In this document: positions 12,677 to 25,600 of the stretch, in pieces
How the letters are laid out: every line of letters starts with the position of its first letter
Position numbering within the stretch: the first letter of the stretch is position 1
Program-made: the position numbers and the translations under genes
NCBI GenBank assembly: GCA_964106915.2
Contig: OZ066920.1
Source: Podarcis gaigeae
Lineage: Eukaryota
Length of the DNA stretch: 64,000 bases
Direction: 5' to 3' (one strand)
The notes under the pieces: generated by a model
Told to the model about the DNA's origin: nothing
The model's input: the letters and a program-made list of their open reading frames with translations, nothing else
Databases searched by the model: none

Positions 12677-12770
12677 ATCATAGAATTGTAGAGTTGAAAG
12701 GGACCAGAAGGTTCATCTAGTCCAACCCCCTGCAATGCAGGGGTCTCTTTGCCCAACATAATGTCCATAT
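12677..12770 (-). mobile_element. CR1-tailed SINE or CR1 3' end fragment
   Basis: ATCATAGAATTGTAGAGTTG...AGTCCAACCCCCTGCAATGCAGG is the reverse complement of a CR1-type ATTCTATGAT tail. Confidence 0.65.
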
Positions 12771-12892
12771 GAGGCACTTGATGATGAAAATGTTTATAAT
12801 GGGCATAAATCTATGGCCTTGTGTACAAAACCTGGCCTTTGGTACAGGTCAGGTGGTCTCACAGTTGGGGTAGTGTGGGCTTTTGTGATAAC

Positions 12893-13253
12893 AGGTAAAG
12901 GTAAAGGGACCCCTGACCATTAGGTCTGTTCATGGCTGACTCTGGGGTTGTGGCACTCATCTCGCTTTATTGGCCGAGGGAGCCGGCGTACAGCTTCCAG
13001 GTCATGTGGCCAGCATGACAAAGCCACTTCTGGCAAACCAGAGCAGTGCACGGAAACGCCGTTTACCTTCCTGCCAGAGTGGTACCTATTTATCTACTTG
13101 CACTTTGACGTGCTTTCGAACTGCTAGGTTGGCAAGAGCAAGGACCGAGCAACGGGAGCTCACCCCGTCGTGGGGATTTGAACCGCCGACCTTCTGATCG
13201 GCAAGTCAAGATCCTAGGCTCTGTGGCTTAACCCACAGCGCCACCCACGTCCC
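12893..13253 (-). mobile_element. Sauria SINE, full length
   Basis: Same family as 9137-9471, with head, B-box (GGTTCAAATCC on minus strand) and ACCTTT tail. Confidence 0.9.
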
Positions 13254-14084
13254 TGTAGCCATAGGCAATATTGGAATCGCTAATGCTCCAGAGATAGCTT
13301 GATCCAGGACTTGAGAAGGAAGCTTTATGAGACTTACTTTTCAGTTCAATCTGAGATATGCTACAGATTTAATTACACAACAAAAACATTACTTCTTCTT
13401 CTTCTTCTTCTTGTTGCTCCCAGCACATACCTGTTTGCCATTGCTCTGTGCACTTACAGGAACTATTTGTTTCAACTATCAAATAAATACTTGCTATGAG
13501 AAAAAACCAGATACATATTGTTATCTGTCTATCTTGATCAACCATGCTGCCAGATAGCTAAAGTAGCTCTAAAGATATTAGAGATAACCAATTAGGTTTC
13601 CCCTCAGTAGTACATATACCTCTCACACATCCTTTTTTTAAATAAAAAAAAAAGTTTGTACTTGTTCTCATTTCTTGCTATTGTAATTAAGAGAAACTTA
13701 CACAGGAGACAAATTATCAATTTTTCCTCTTAAATATGGTGACACTAATAGTTTGAGTCTATAGATTTGTTCCTGATCAATCAGTGGTAAGAAAAACATA
13801 GGTTTCAAAAGGAGACTTGATAACACACAGTATTCCCCCCCCAAGCATGCGAAATGGCAAAAATAATAGAAATTTCAAAATAACTTGTGCACGGTAAAAT
13901 GGCATTATTAGAATCTGAAGTAGAATAAGGCCTGGAGGAGTCTGAGATGGTTAGAAGGAATGCTTATTCTTAAATGTTGATGCTGTGCTCTTCAAGACAA
14001 ATCCTGTTAAAATTTCATTTACTTTAGAATATTTAGAATCAAATCAAGAGTGCAACACACAGAGCAGCTTGAAGCTGAGTCAGG

Positions 14085-14204
14085 CAGGGGAAAGGAACCT
14101 GTGATCTCCAACTCCCATCAGCCTCAGCCAGCATGACCAGTGGGTCAGGGATGTTGGAACTGTAGTTTAACAACAGCTGGAAGGACAACAGCTCACCATC
14201 CCTG
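14085..14204. mobile_element. Degenerate hAT-type MITE
   Basis: CAGG...CCTG ends and internal ACTCCCATCA / GGGATG..GGAACTGTAGT palindromic core shared with copies at 25277, 36278 and 53702. Confidence 0.55.
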
Positions 14205-14446
14205 GAATAATTTTGTGCCCTATTTAATTTGCATAAAATGTGTATATTATTTATTACCTGAAACTCTTGCTTATTTGATATATGGTTCACAAAATATCTG
14301 CAGCTTCCTATAGAATTAGGAAACTAGTTGAAAATTTGAACGCATGTTCTTGGAAATAAGTTTCGCTACTGTAATGAAATACGACTGAGGGATAATTGTA
14401 AAACACTGTCATTTCCAATAATATTTTGTTGTTTCTGTGTTTATAG

Positions 14447-14551
14447 GAGATATGTAATGCTCTCCTTGGATGCAAATTTATAAGGAATGTGTTTTTCACA
14501 GATCAGCACATTTCTTCAGCTGAGACAGAGTTTATTTATAAAGCAGTACCT
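14447..14551 (+). other. ESCO1: Candidate ESCO1 5' UTR exon
   Basis: Pyrimidine tract plus ttatag| acceptor and CCT|gtgagt donor, about 100 nt upstream of the first coding exon. Confidence 0.5.
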
Positions 14552-14656
14552 GTGAGTAAGCCAAGTCATCATGTTAAACTTTGCATTTAAGTTCTATTTT
14601 TTGCAGAAATAGTTGGAAATACTGTATAAATGACTTAATACTTGTCTTTTTCAGAA

Positions 14657-16687
14657 ATGGCAGCACAGAAAAGAAAATCTGTGCTGGTAGAACCCCCTGC
14701 TAAGCGGCAGAAACTGGATAAGAATAGTAAATCAGTATCAACTAGCAAAGGAAAAAAAGTGCTTCATGCCAAATCAAATAAAAATATTGTGTTGAAGAAA
14801 GAAATGCACAAAGTCTCTACAAAAACTAACAGGACAGCTGTCAATAACTCCATAAACAGATCCTCTAAACCATCCTCCCAAACTAAACGAGCACAGAAGT
14901 ATTCCAGACAGACTTCAAATGAATTAAAGAAGAAAAGTTGTAAAGCAGTACGTGTGAAACAAACTTCCCTAAAGCCTATAGGAAAATTATCTTCTACGAA
15001 AGCATCCCTAAAATCTTCCAAAATAAACCATGGTAACCATCTGAGCTGTACAAAGCCATCCTCCAAACGCACTTCTACAGGGAAGGAAAAATCCAGTGCC
15101 GTCAAAAGTAAGACTTCTCGTGAAACCAAGAAGCAAAAGAATTCATCTGCAGATATTAAAAAGTGTTCTACTGAAGCTCTGTGTAATAGACGTTCAGCAT
15201 TGCACAATAGATCTACTCATAAGAACTTGTCCTCTGAATCAAAATCGAGGGTAGAAAATTCCAAAAAGGGTAGAACTACTAAAGCCACTAAATTCCTTAA
15301 AAGTAACAAGGTTAACTTTGAGGTTCAGAATTCCAAAAAATCTTGTGCAAAAAAATCAGCTTCTCAAAGCATTGAACAGATGCGGACTAAAACTTTCAGT
15401 GATAAAAAAGCTTGTGAATCTGACAAAGGAAAAAAAACTACAAGGTCAACAGATACCAATTCTAAAAAAAGTACTGTTAGAAATACAGAAGAGCAGTTGC
15501 ATGTCACAAAAGCTAAAGATGTGTCTTGGAAGGAGACTGTGCAGGATGTTCCTCAGTCACAACCTGCTGTTTCACATGATGAGCATCAAACTCGAAGATC
15601 ACCAAGATTGCAGCAAGCATCTAATGTGCCTACCATATCTTTGCGCAGCAGAAAAATTGAAGGGGGACGTGCTTCTACTCGAAAGCAATGCACCCAGATG
15701 AAAAAACAGGTTCCATGTATTAAAAATGAAAAGCTGGACTCTGTCCAGCCAATAATGGAACAAAAAATCATGAAAAGCGATGAATATAATAATGGAGAAA
15801 TAGAAATAACAAGTTTTGAGGAAATTGATTCTCTGAAACAGAAAAAACATGAGGTGGGTTCTAAAATCAGTGATTTGACCACATCTGAAGAGAAGGTAAG
15901 AGAATCAAGAAATAATCCTGACTGTAGCCTTCAAGGGTCTACTAATGGATCTGTCAACACAACTTCCTGCTCTGTGACATCAACATGCAGGGTAATAAGT
16001 AAAGAAAAGGAATCCGTGCACAGAAATGGAAAAATCAGTGTAAAAGCAAAGAGAGGTTTTTCAGACTCTCTGAGTCAAAAACCTGCTTATCAACCAGAGG
16101 ATGTGATGAAGTCAAAAAAGATTAGCATTCTTGAGCTATGTGAGGAAATTGCAGGTGAGATTGAGTCAGACACTGTGGAAGTAAAAAGAGATCATCCTAA
16201 TGCTGAATATGGCAAAGAGGAAGAGAGAGATACTGTAGTGGAGTTGCCTCAGACTGCAGTATCTACTGAAGAGGAAACTAATCAGAACTCTCAGTGTAAG
16301 CGATTTTTCCCCAGCAAAAAAGGAATGTCTGTCAAATGTACTGTGAATGGCAGACATAGTACTGCAAACAAAAACTCTAAATGGACCAAAATAAAATTAG
16401 CAAAGGTTAATCATGTGAACCAAAGTCCTTCAAATTCCTCAAGTACTCCAGCACTTGGTTTGTTAAAGTGCAATATTCCAGAGAAACAACAAGAAGCAGT
16501 TGTAGAAATGCACCTTCCAGAAGCCCAAAGGAAACAGGTACAATCAGAGGACAATGGCAACACAGCACATGAGCAGAAGTTAAATATACCTTGCTCTAAA
16601 CGAATCCAGGCTAAAGATAGGGTGGCTATAGAAAATGGTCTCTCTACCCTAAGCCAGCACCATGGCCCTGAGCCAGCCCCAGATGAG
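14657..16687 (+). CDS. ESCO1: ESCO1 large first coding exon (Lys/Ser-rich disordered N-terminus)
   Basis: tttcag|aaATGG, ORF 14642..16702, donor GAG|gtaatc. Confidence 0.93.
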
Positions 16688-19600
16688 GTAATCAGTTTTT
16701 AATATTATTGTATGATGATTGCACACATTTTCAGTGTCGGATTAGAAATGTTTTGTGAGGCACTTTGTGCAGTTACTTTAATATACCATGGTGCAATCTG
16801 CTTAAAATGGGTCATTTCATCCCATTACTGCTACTTTTTCTAATTCATGTGAAAAAGCTATTCTGGCCAATTTCACTTTAAGCAGGTGTGCATGGTTGGC
16901 TGCCCATAAAATCTTCTAGCACATCCATTGTTGTTTTACAGTACAACAGAAGCTTTCCAAAGCTTCCCTTCAACAGCAAAACCAGGCATCTCTGCAGTGT
17001 ACCACAGCATAATTGCTTTCTGTGGTCAATAGAATCATGTGCAGGGCAGCACCAAGTGCAAAAAGTGGTCCACAATATTTTTGCCACTAGACTTTTTAAA
17101 GCTAATTTGTGTAATTCAGTTACTAAATTAAACAGGAATAAATAATGTGAATGATTGTTGCTTCCCAAGTGCTGTACTTTTTTTGTCAGTATTGGATCTA
17201 TTGTCAGATTGCTAATATAGTAAATTTATATGGATTTATCTAATATGGTCAATTCATACAGGTTTTTCAAAGTCTGGTTTGGTAAGACACATGACACATA
17301 GTGGAATAATTTGTCTAAAATGCTATGTTTCAATATTTTCTTTAGGGCTTCAATTTACATTTGGACTCAAGTCCAGAAAGTACGCCAAGGAAAATAATTA
17401 CAGCACAGTCACCAGTGAAGGAAGTAAAAAAAGAAAGAGCAGAAATAAAACCTCAAGGTGAATCTTAAAATACAAGTTCCATACATTTTCACAACTTTAT
17501 AACATCTTATTTGTGTGAATTATCAGTAGCTGAATTACAGGAAGCTCTTGATGGATTTGTTCATAAAACTGTAGAAGCAGGAATTGGAAAAGGCACCGTG
17601 TATCATCCATTCCAGCACTATGCCCTTGACAGGCTAAGCTGAAAGTATCATGGCAGCTGACTAGCTAGACCACAGCTCATGGGTCTCAGGCTCTCCTTGC
17701 AGGAATTACATGCAAATTTCCATGTAAATTGCTCCATATGTCCTGCAAGGGAGGCAAGTGCCCCAGATCTTTAGGGCTGGACCATCAACATGATCCAGGC
17801 ACTGTTTGAGCCTGCAGCTGTGACTTTGTGGTGGTGGTGCAGAGATGGCAAGGAGCAGCGCATCTGGCCTCAACTAGGAAGGAGGGCTGTAGCAGCACCA
17901 GATTATTATTATTTATTAAATTTCTGTACTGCCCTACACCCGCAGGTCTCAGGGTTGTTACAGCATAAAATCACAATATAAAAAAAACAAATTAGGTAAT
18001 AAAATAAAAACAACCCAATAAGCTCCAGTTGGCTTCACATTTTCAGGGCAACTGGAGGGCCACAGTGGGTGTTGCAGAGAGAGACCTCTTGGTCAGCAAG
18101 ACCCTCTGGCCTTTTGGCTCCCAGTTGCTGTTGAAAATAAAGAGGTGGAGTTAATCTAGTCCAGAAAGGAGCTCAGAACTGTGTAGCTAAGTGATAATGA
18201 CTCGCTTGGAGGCAAAATGAGATTGGTGTCATACCGACTGAAACTTAAGCCATTTGTACGCAGAAGAGCAAGCCTAAACACAATCATGTGCTGTGTGTAT
18301 CTGAAGAAGTGTGCATGCACACGAAAGCTCATACCAAGAACTGACTTAGTTGGTCTTTAAGGTGCTACTGGAAGGATTTTTTTTGTTTTGATATGTGCTG
18401 TGTGTGAGAGAAAGTATGAATGTATGTGTGAATGGCCCCACCAACCACTAGTCCAGGCCCTAACCATCACTGGCTTTGACCATGCTGACTAGCATATGAC
18501 TGCCAACTGCCCATCCACTGCTACATGTCCTTGGGAAGAAAAGGGTTGCCCACCCTTCCAAATAATGACATGCAGCAGTTTATCCCATTGTTTTTATTAA
18601 CCAAGTTCACATTTCTTTGAATGGACGCGCTTGTATGTTCAAAATTGCTGACTAGACTACTGTTTTTACCTTAGTATATCACCTTAAGTACAATGCTGGT
18701 TTTTGTACTAAGTACTAAGCTCTTTAGCTACATACTATATACTGCAATTGTTGAATCATTATTAGAAGTGCTACTGTGTTGGCAGTTGTTCCTTATCTTA
18801 ACGTTTGAGTCATACAATAGTTCTGACTAGCTTAGTGTTCTCTACTTTCACGAGAGCTATCTTGGTGAAGCTTCGGATTAGGTCTTTCTTAGTCATGTTG
18901 CCTGGGAGTCTTAAGATTGGAAATGCCAGGGATTGAATTTGGCATCCTCTGCATGAAATCTCTCCCACTGAGTTGTGCCCTCTTCCATTTTTTTCCATAT
19001 GCAGACCACACATAGCAGCTGTAATGGTTCCTATTGTGTTCAGTGTACAGTTCAAGGGATTTGACTATTCTGAATCCAAAATTGCATTTGGTTACAAAAG
19101 TGGCCAGATATAAACCTTCAATAATATAAAACTGTATATTGTAAGGCAAAGTTACACAGAAAATCGATTTATTTCAGATTAATATTTGTGTTTTATTTCT
19201 GCATGTCTGTCATTCTCTGCCATCAAACAGATAAAATCTCAAATACTGGGTATACATGGGAAATTATATATATATGTATGTGTGTTCATGTAAGTAAAGT
19301 AACACATTTATTCCTTTATAGATGCAGCTCCCAAGCAGTTGGTTCGGACCCTGTTCACAAATAAAACCTCCGAGACAAATGAGAGCAGGTATCAGTTAGT
19401 TGCATTGCTTGTTGCCTTTGTACCTGCAGTGAACCATTTAAAGCGTGCATTAAGCCCTTCTCACCACAACTACTGAAATAGAATCATAGAATTGTAGAAT
19501 AGTTGAGTTACCGGGGATCATAAGAGTCATCGCATCCAACCCCCTGCGATGCAGGAATCTTTTTGCCCAGCGTGGGTCTTCGACCCACAACCCTGAGATT

Positions 19601-22600
19601 AAGATTCTCATGCTCTACCGACAGAAGCTGTTGATGCAAGAATACCTTCCTTTTCGTATTGCCCTTGGTTTTGGAAAAAGAAACTTTTAAGTGGCTGCAG
19701 AGCCTGTTTTCAGGCCTCTAAACTCATGGGTATTCTTTCCTCCTGGTATGATCAGGCTCTGCCAAAACTAGTACTTCCCCCTGACATTCCTATGAAGACT
19801 CTGAAACAAATATTGCTGCTCCCCATACTTTTTCTTATGCAAGCCTTGGTTCTTGCCATACGCTATTCTGTATATCAAGTAATTAGAGGTTTCAAATGTT
19901 AGAGGTTGCTATCTTTTTATTATTGAAGTATTAAACTTTTATAGACTTAGTTATGGCTTCCAATTAGCTTGTTAGCTTATTGAATATAAATGCAGTTATT
20001 CCTTGTGGGAGTTGTATGCAATTTGTATTGACTGAAGTCCCGAGTGATGATATAATTAAAAGATTGCTATTGAGAATTCAAATGTTCATAACTGTATGCA
20101 ACCATATTGTTAGGATAAGCAGGACATGCTGAACGGAGCCCTGTCTAAATAGGCTCTACTATACTTCTTCATCATTCATAGTAAGGAACCCCCCCCCCCC
20201 CCATTTCCCATAGATATTTCTGATAGTCTGCCAAGCAAATGACATATTAAAGAGAAATCATTCCTCCTTGCCTGAGTTTCATCCCAACCCCACCCTTTGT
20301 CCATGTCTTTTTTCCTAAGGCTACATTTTCCGCCACCCTTGAGGACAAATGGGAAACTACATAGAACAACCTCCATTAATGTTGTACTGCTTGCACAACC
20401 CACTGAGAATCATAGCATGGTAGTAACAGACACTAGTGCAGCCTCCCAAACCCAGCAGGCTGGCTTCTCTTGCTGAACTTTTAGAAAGCCAGTAAGTTCC
20501 TTAAGGCTCAAGGGAGAATCATGATGGGGTTGGTCAGTTGTGTGTGGTCACCTGGAAGCAATTCTTAGTTGGCCAAGCAAGTAGTTATTTACAACCCTGG
20601 TCTATCAGATGAGTGTAGGATTTGCACTTGTCGGTTTTGCTTGTTCTTTAATATGAACCATATTTTTCAACAAAGCATAGCTAAAGAATTTTGAACAATT
20701 AAAGATTTTTTTTGCATTAAAATAGGTTCCCGTTACTTTGGTTTAATATTTGCATTTTTAGCTGAATTTAAGTTCATATTAAAATATAGAGAGAAATAGG
20801 CAACATTTTGTTCATTTGAACTGTTTTTATACTTAAAGGACATGTTTGCCAAAGATTGCATTAGCATCAAAATGTGGTGGTATCCTTTCATCTGAAGAAC
20901 ATATTCGAAAACCAAAAGATGTAGCAAAAGATAGCGATAAGCAGCTGATCATAGTAAGTATTGTGCATTGTAAGTATGTTATGTTGTTCTTGTGCATAAT
21001 TTTAATCAAAGTACATCACGTCCAACTAAGTTTCACGCAGAGTAGACCCATTGAAATTAATGAACCTAAGTCTACTTTGCGTAGGACTAGTGTTGGCTAC
21101 CACCCACTCACCCACCCACCCACCCACCAATGTCATGGATGGCACCCACTTTTATTCCTCCTAAATACGTTGATGGTTATTATTTAATTATATAAGGAAA
21201 TGCAATGTGCAAATTTGGGGGTTTGGTCACAGAGAGGAAAATCGTGCCTTGTACTACTGACTCTGGGTGCCCAGATCACTACTGACAGGTATTGTTCCAT
21301 GAGTGAACAAGATAGAAACTCACCTCCCTACTCTCTCTCACATTAGCATTTCGCTGGTTTGTGTATGAAAAACAGAATTCAAACAGATCACTTGATTGAG
21401 AAAATCTTGTTCTCATACTAATGGAAAGTAGTGTAAATTTGAGCAACATGAAGTCAGCAGGGGTTCATGTTTTTGTAAACTGCCTCTTGTGTTAGGAAAC
21501 TTTGTTTAATGTGCATATTACTGCTCCTGAATGAGCACTATATTTACTTTATAATATAGGATGCAGGACAAAAGCGATTTGGAGCCATTTCCTGCAACAT
21601 TTGTGGAATGCTCTATAGTGCTTCAAATCCTGAGGATGAAACTCAACATCTACTCTTCCACAACCAGTTCATAAGTGCTGTAAAATATGTGGTAAGAACA
21701 TTTCTTTAATATAACCTTGTATGCTTTTGAGCTTTTGCTATAGATTAACCAGAACAGCATTTACTGCTGGATATAGACTATTTAATAATTACCCTTAAAA
21801 AGTGTAGGCAAGTGTTAGATCCATTTAAATGTGTTTTTGAATGCTAGTCAGTTATCAATGCTAATTCATCATACTTTTTCAAGTGCTTTTTTCTGGTCCT
21901 GGTATTTTTTCCTGTGCATCAATACAGTATTACAGTATATGACTTAGCACTCAAAAATGGACTAATTTAGTCAGTAGTTTCTCTATTTGCATAAAACTGT
22001 AAATATGTGTAAATTAGGTATGGTCATATTTTCAAGTAACTTGGCTAATAGAAAATGCTAAACTTTGCATAGTCTGACTTTTAATTTCAAAAATTGCACA
22101 CCAAACAAAATTGCTGTTAGTCTAAACATAATATGTCCCTGTAACTTCCATTAAAGTCAGGGAAGTTTGTTTTCTTTATCATACATGTTACCTTCTGTAC
22201 ATTGACATTGATAAGACCTCCAGGACAACTGAACTGAATTCACCAAGCTACTTAATTTATATATGACACAAATTCAATCTTTGGTTCAAATCTAGCTTGG
22301 GATATAAGAATCTTTTGTATATCATTATAGTTGTACAATTCGCAGTGATATAATTTTTAAAAGAAGTAATCATCCACAGATATATCACAACATTTATAGT
22401 TAAAAAAGAGGCTATCTGCAAATGATCGGACCAGTATTTGTTGCCTACACAAGGTAGTTAAGCCATTTTAGCTTTTTTAAAACTTCTGCTCTCCAGGGTT
22501 GCCTTCAAAATGACCACAGCATAGCAATTGATATTACTAATAAGGCTCTTGTTTCTAGACTCTTTGATTGTATGAAAGTACAGGACTAAATTAGTTTTTT

Positions 22601-25600
22601 TAATGACTGATATAAACTGAAAGCTAAATTAAGGGTGCATGCTGGAGGTTTTGTGACCCAGAAATGGAGCAATAGCTCCTGAAGTTGGCAAAGCACTGGC
22701 TTCTGTGCTCATAATGTCTGGTCACAGCTAGCCACATTTTGAACTAACTGCAGTTCCCAAACTCTCTTTGGAGGTAGCCCAATATGTGATGCATTCCATA
22801 GTCTAATCCTTTACAAATTCTACCCTCATTTTATGATGCCCTGTATCGCTATTAGTAAGGGAGAAATAAATCCAAAAATGGAGATGAGAATGCATATTAG
22901 TAGACTTTGAGGAAGTTTTTTTGAATATTTCTGGGTTTCTAAAACTGAAACCTACCTTTTGAATAGGGTGGGATAGAAATCTAAATACCTTGATGAAATG
23001 AATTCTTACTGCTAGTGCTGAAAAGGATCTTCATCTGGTAGCAGTAGTTAGTTGCTTTAGTACATTATTATTATTATTTGTTTGGAACAACAGTTCTAGA
23101 TTATTATTTTTAAGTAATGTTTTAAATTTAGAAGACAGCATATCTTCCAGGGAGTTCCCCTTTCTCCCTCCTTCAAAGTGTTTTGTGTCTCAGATATACG
23201 TCACTTAGGCTAGTGAAATATACCATAACTTTCTGCATCCTTTCTGAGCAACATAAACTCTAATTTCTGGCTAAGTCCCATCTTAATAGACTTAAGTGGC
23301 TTTTTGTTTTGTTTTTCCATGCAGGTACTGCTCATTAATCACCATCAGTGTGGATCTGAAGAAGACTTAATTACCTAATTTTTGAGTATGTTTAACTTCA
23401 GATACACACAGCATAGCAACTTATCCCTTTAGGTTCTTAGAAGGTAGTTATTCTTTTTATAGCCTCATTTTTGTGACTATGATCGTTATGACCAGTTACA
23501 AAATGAATGATTCCGTATTTGAACCATTGCATGCCACTCAGTTCATGGAAAACCTCCTGGAGGTCTTTTGCATGCCAAGATGTTAAAATGTAATGTTTTG
23601 TATTTATGGAGGTAACAATGTTTGTTAAAGAAACTCAGTTTTTAAAATCTGCTCATTTCTGCTCACTAGAGACTAGAATGCATCCACCTGTACATATAGT
23701 TGCTCTGCTTTGGTGTTTGGGGTATTGGCTCCGATAACCAAGTAGATGTACCAGTTCTCAGCTAATTTGGCTTAGAGTTGTTTGGGGCAACCACAGAAAA
23801 AACGAGAAAAATTCTGAAGTATTAAAACACTTTGATGGTGTTAATATGAATAAATTAAACAACAACCCAATTGGGCTTGTTGCCTACTAAACAAGATGCA
23901 GATTTTAAGGGTGTGCTGAGCGCTGCGGTAGGGGAAGGTGAAGTCCTGTTGTACAAGCAGAAATCCATTCCTCTTACGTATAGATCATTTTGCGTAGTGC
24001 TACAAGGAATAGTGAATAGTGCTGGTTCGCCAGCTGCAGCTTCGTCACGCTGGCCACGTGACCCAGAAGTGTCTTCGGATGGCGCCGGCTCACGGCCCCT
24101 TGAGCGAGATGAGCGCGCAACCCTAGAGTCGGACACGACTGGCCTGTACGGGCAGGGGTACCTTTACCTTTACAAGGAATAATAGTTGCGAACATTGGGT
24201 TAAGCAATGTAAAAGTGTCTATTTAGTCAAGTATTTATTATGTGCTTTTTTAGGGCTGGAAAAAAGAGAGAATTTTGGCTGAGTATCCTGATGGCAAGAT
24301 AATAATGGTACTTCCTGATGATCCAAAATATGCACTAAGAAAGGTAGAACAAACCTTTAAAAAACCTCTATTCTCTTCTTTGTTTTTTCACATGAGCAAA
24401 TAGTTAAGCATTTGTATGAACTTGGCTCATAATTTCAGGTGCATTTAACAGGTTGGTTCCTGTGTTAACATTGGCTGTCTGTCTCCTAATCAGCACACAA
24501 ATCATCAACCAGAAATACCTGTTACTAGTAGTGTTATTTTAGTGTTCTCTTTTTGGGTCTATATGTAGATTAAAGAAACTTGAAAATAAAGTGAATGCAT
24601 AGGGGCTGACTGTTTGTAAACCTCTCCCCGAGATTAAATATCTGTTGCCTTTGACTATCCACATGGACCTGTGGCATGTAAAGGTACAGATATAATAGAT
24701 ATGAATGGTCCAGTTATTTTTGATAACATCATGTTTGCTAAAGTGCCAGGCCAGAGCTTGTTATTGAATAGAAGTAGATAATTATCCTGACAGGCCACTG
24801 CTGAGCTCTGGAAGGAAAAAATGTAGGAAAAAAATTCTAGCTTACAAGGCCAAGCTGGAACTTACTGTACTCTACTGTAGAGGCTACTTTTTTGATCAAA
24901 GAAAGCAAAAACCTGCAATTGAGGTGTGTTTTTCCTCCATGGAAGAAAAACATGCCAGAACTTGCAGAGAAGATCTGAATGAGAAATAGACACCTGAAAT
25001 ATAACCACTCTTAGTACTGATTCTAAGGAACTAGGTAGGAAAGCATATTAAACAGCCTTGTCATAGGCAGTTATTTATTTCCTGAATTTTTTGCAAGCAG
25101 GAGGTTTCCTAAGAGATGAAACAATAAAATCACAACCATACTTTGAAACCTACAAAAGTGAAAATACTAAAACAGATTAAAATTGCCTCATAGGAAATAT
25201 GCAGGGTTTGTGCAAGCACAGTGCCTGAATGTAACAGGATCTCTATTGAGCATAACTGAACCCTGTTCTTCTAAACCAGCCTTTCTCAACCTGGGGGTCC
25301 CCAGATGTTGTTGGAACTAACTCCCATCACCCCTAGCTAGCAAAGCCAGAGCTCAGGGATGATGGGAGTTGTAGTCCAACAACATCTGGGGACCCACAGG
25401 CTGAATCTAAACCATCTTTCTCACTGGTGTGTGTGAAGTGGTGTACACACAGGAACTGTACCAGGCCATGTCAGGAAATAGAAGGCACATCTGCCATATC
25501 CCCATCTAGCCCACCTCATTTGCCAAATCAAGGAAGAGGAAGCATCAATATTGCTTTCCTTGACTGAGCAGATTGGGTGGGAACATGTGTCTAAGTATCC

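Noticed and set aside
9078-13197. Recurring peptides such as GHVASMTKPLL and HGNAVYLPAG in several ORFs
   Set aside because: These are translations of Sauria SINE copies, not a gene family
14764-16357. Antisense and alternate-frame ORFs within the large ESCO1 exon
   Set aside because: Shadow ORFs of the A-rich coding exon
19560-19628. Possible tRNA-Lys gene on the minus strand
   Set aside because: Degenerate arms and direct fusion to a CR1-like tail indicate a SINE head; the same applies to the tRNA-like heads at 34384 and 49501
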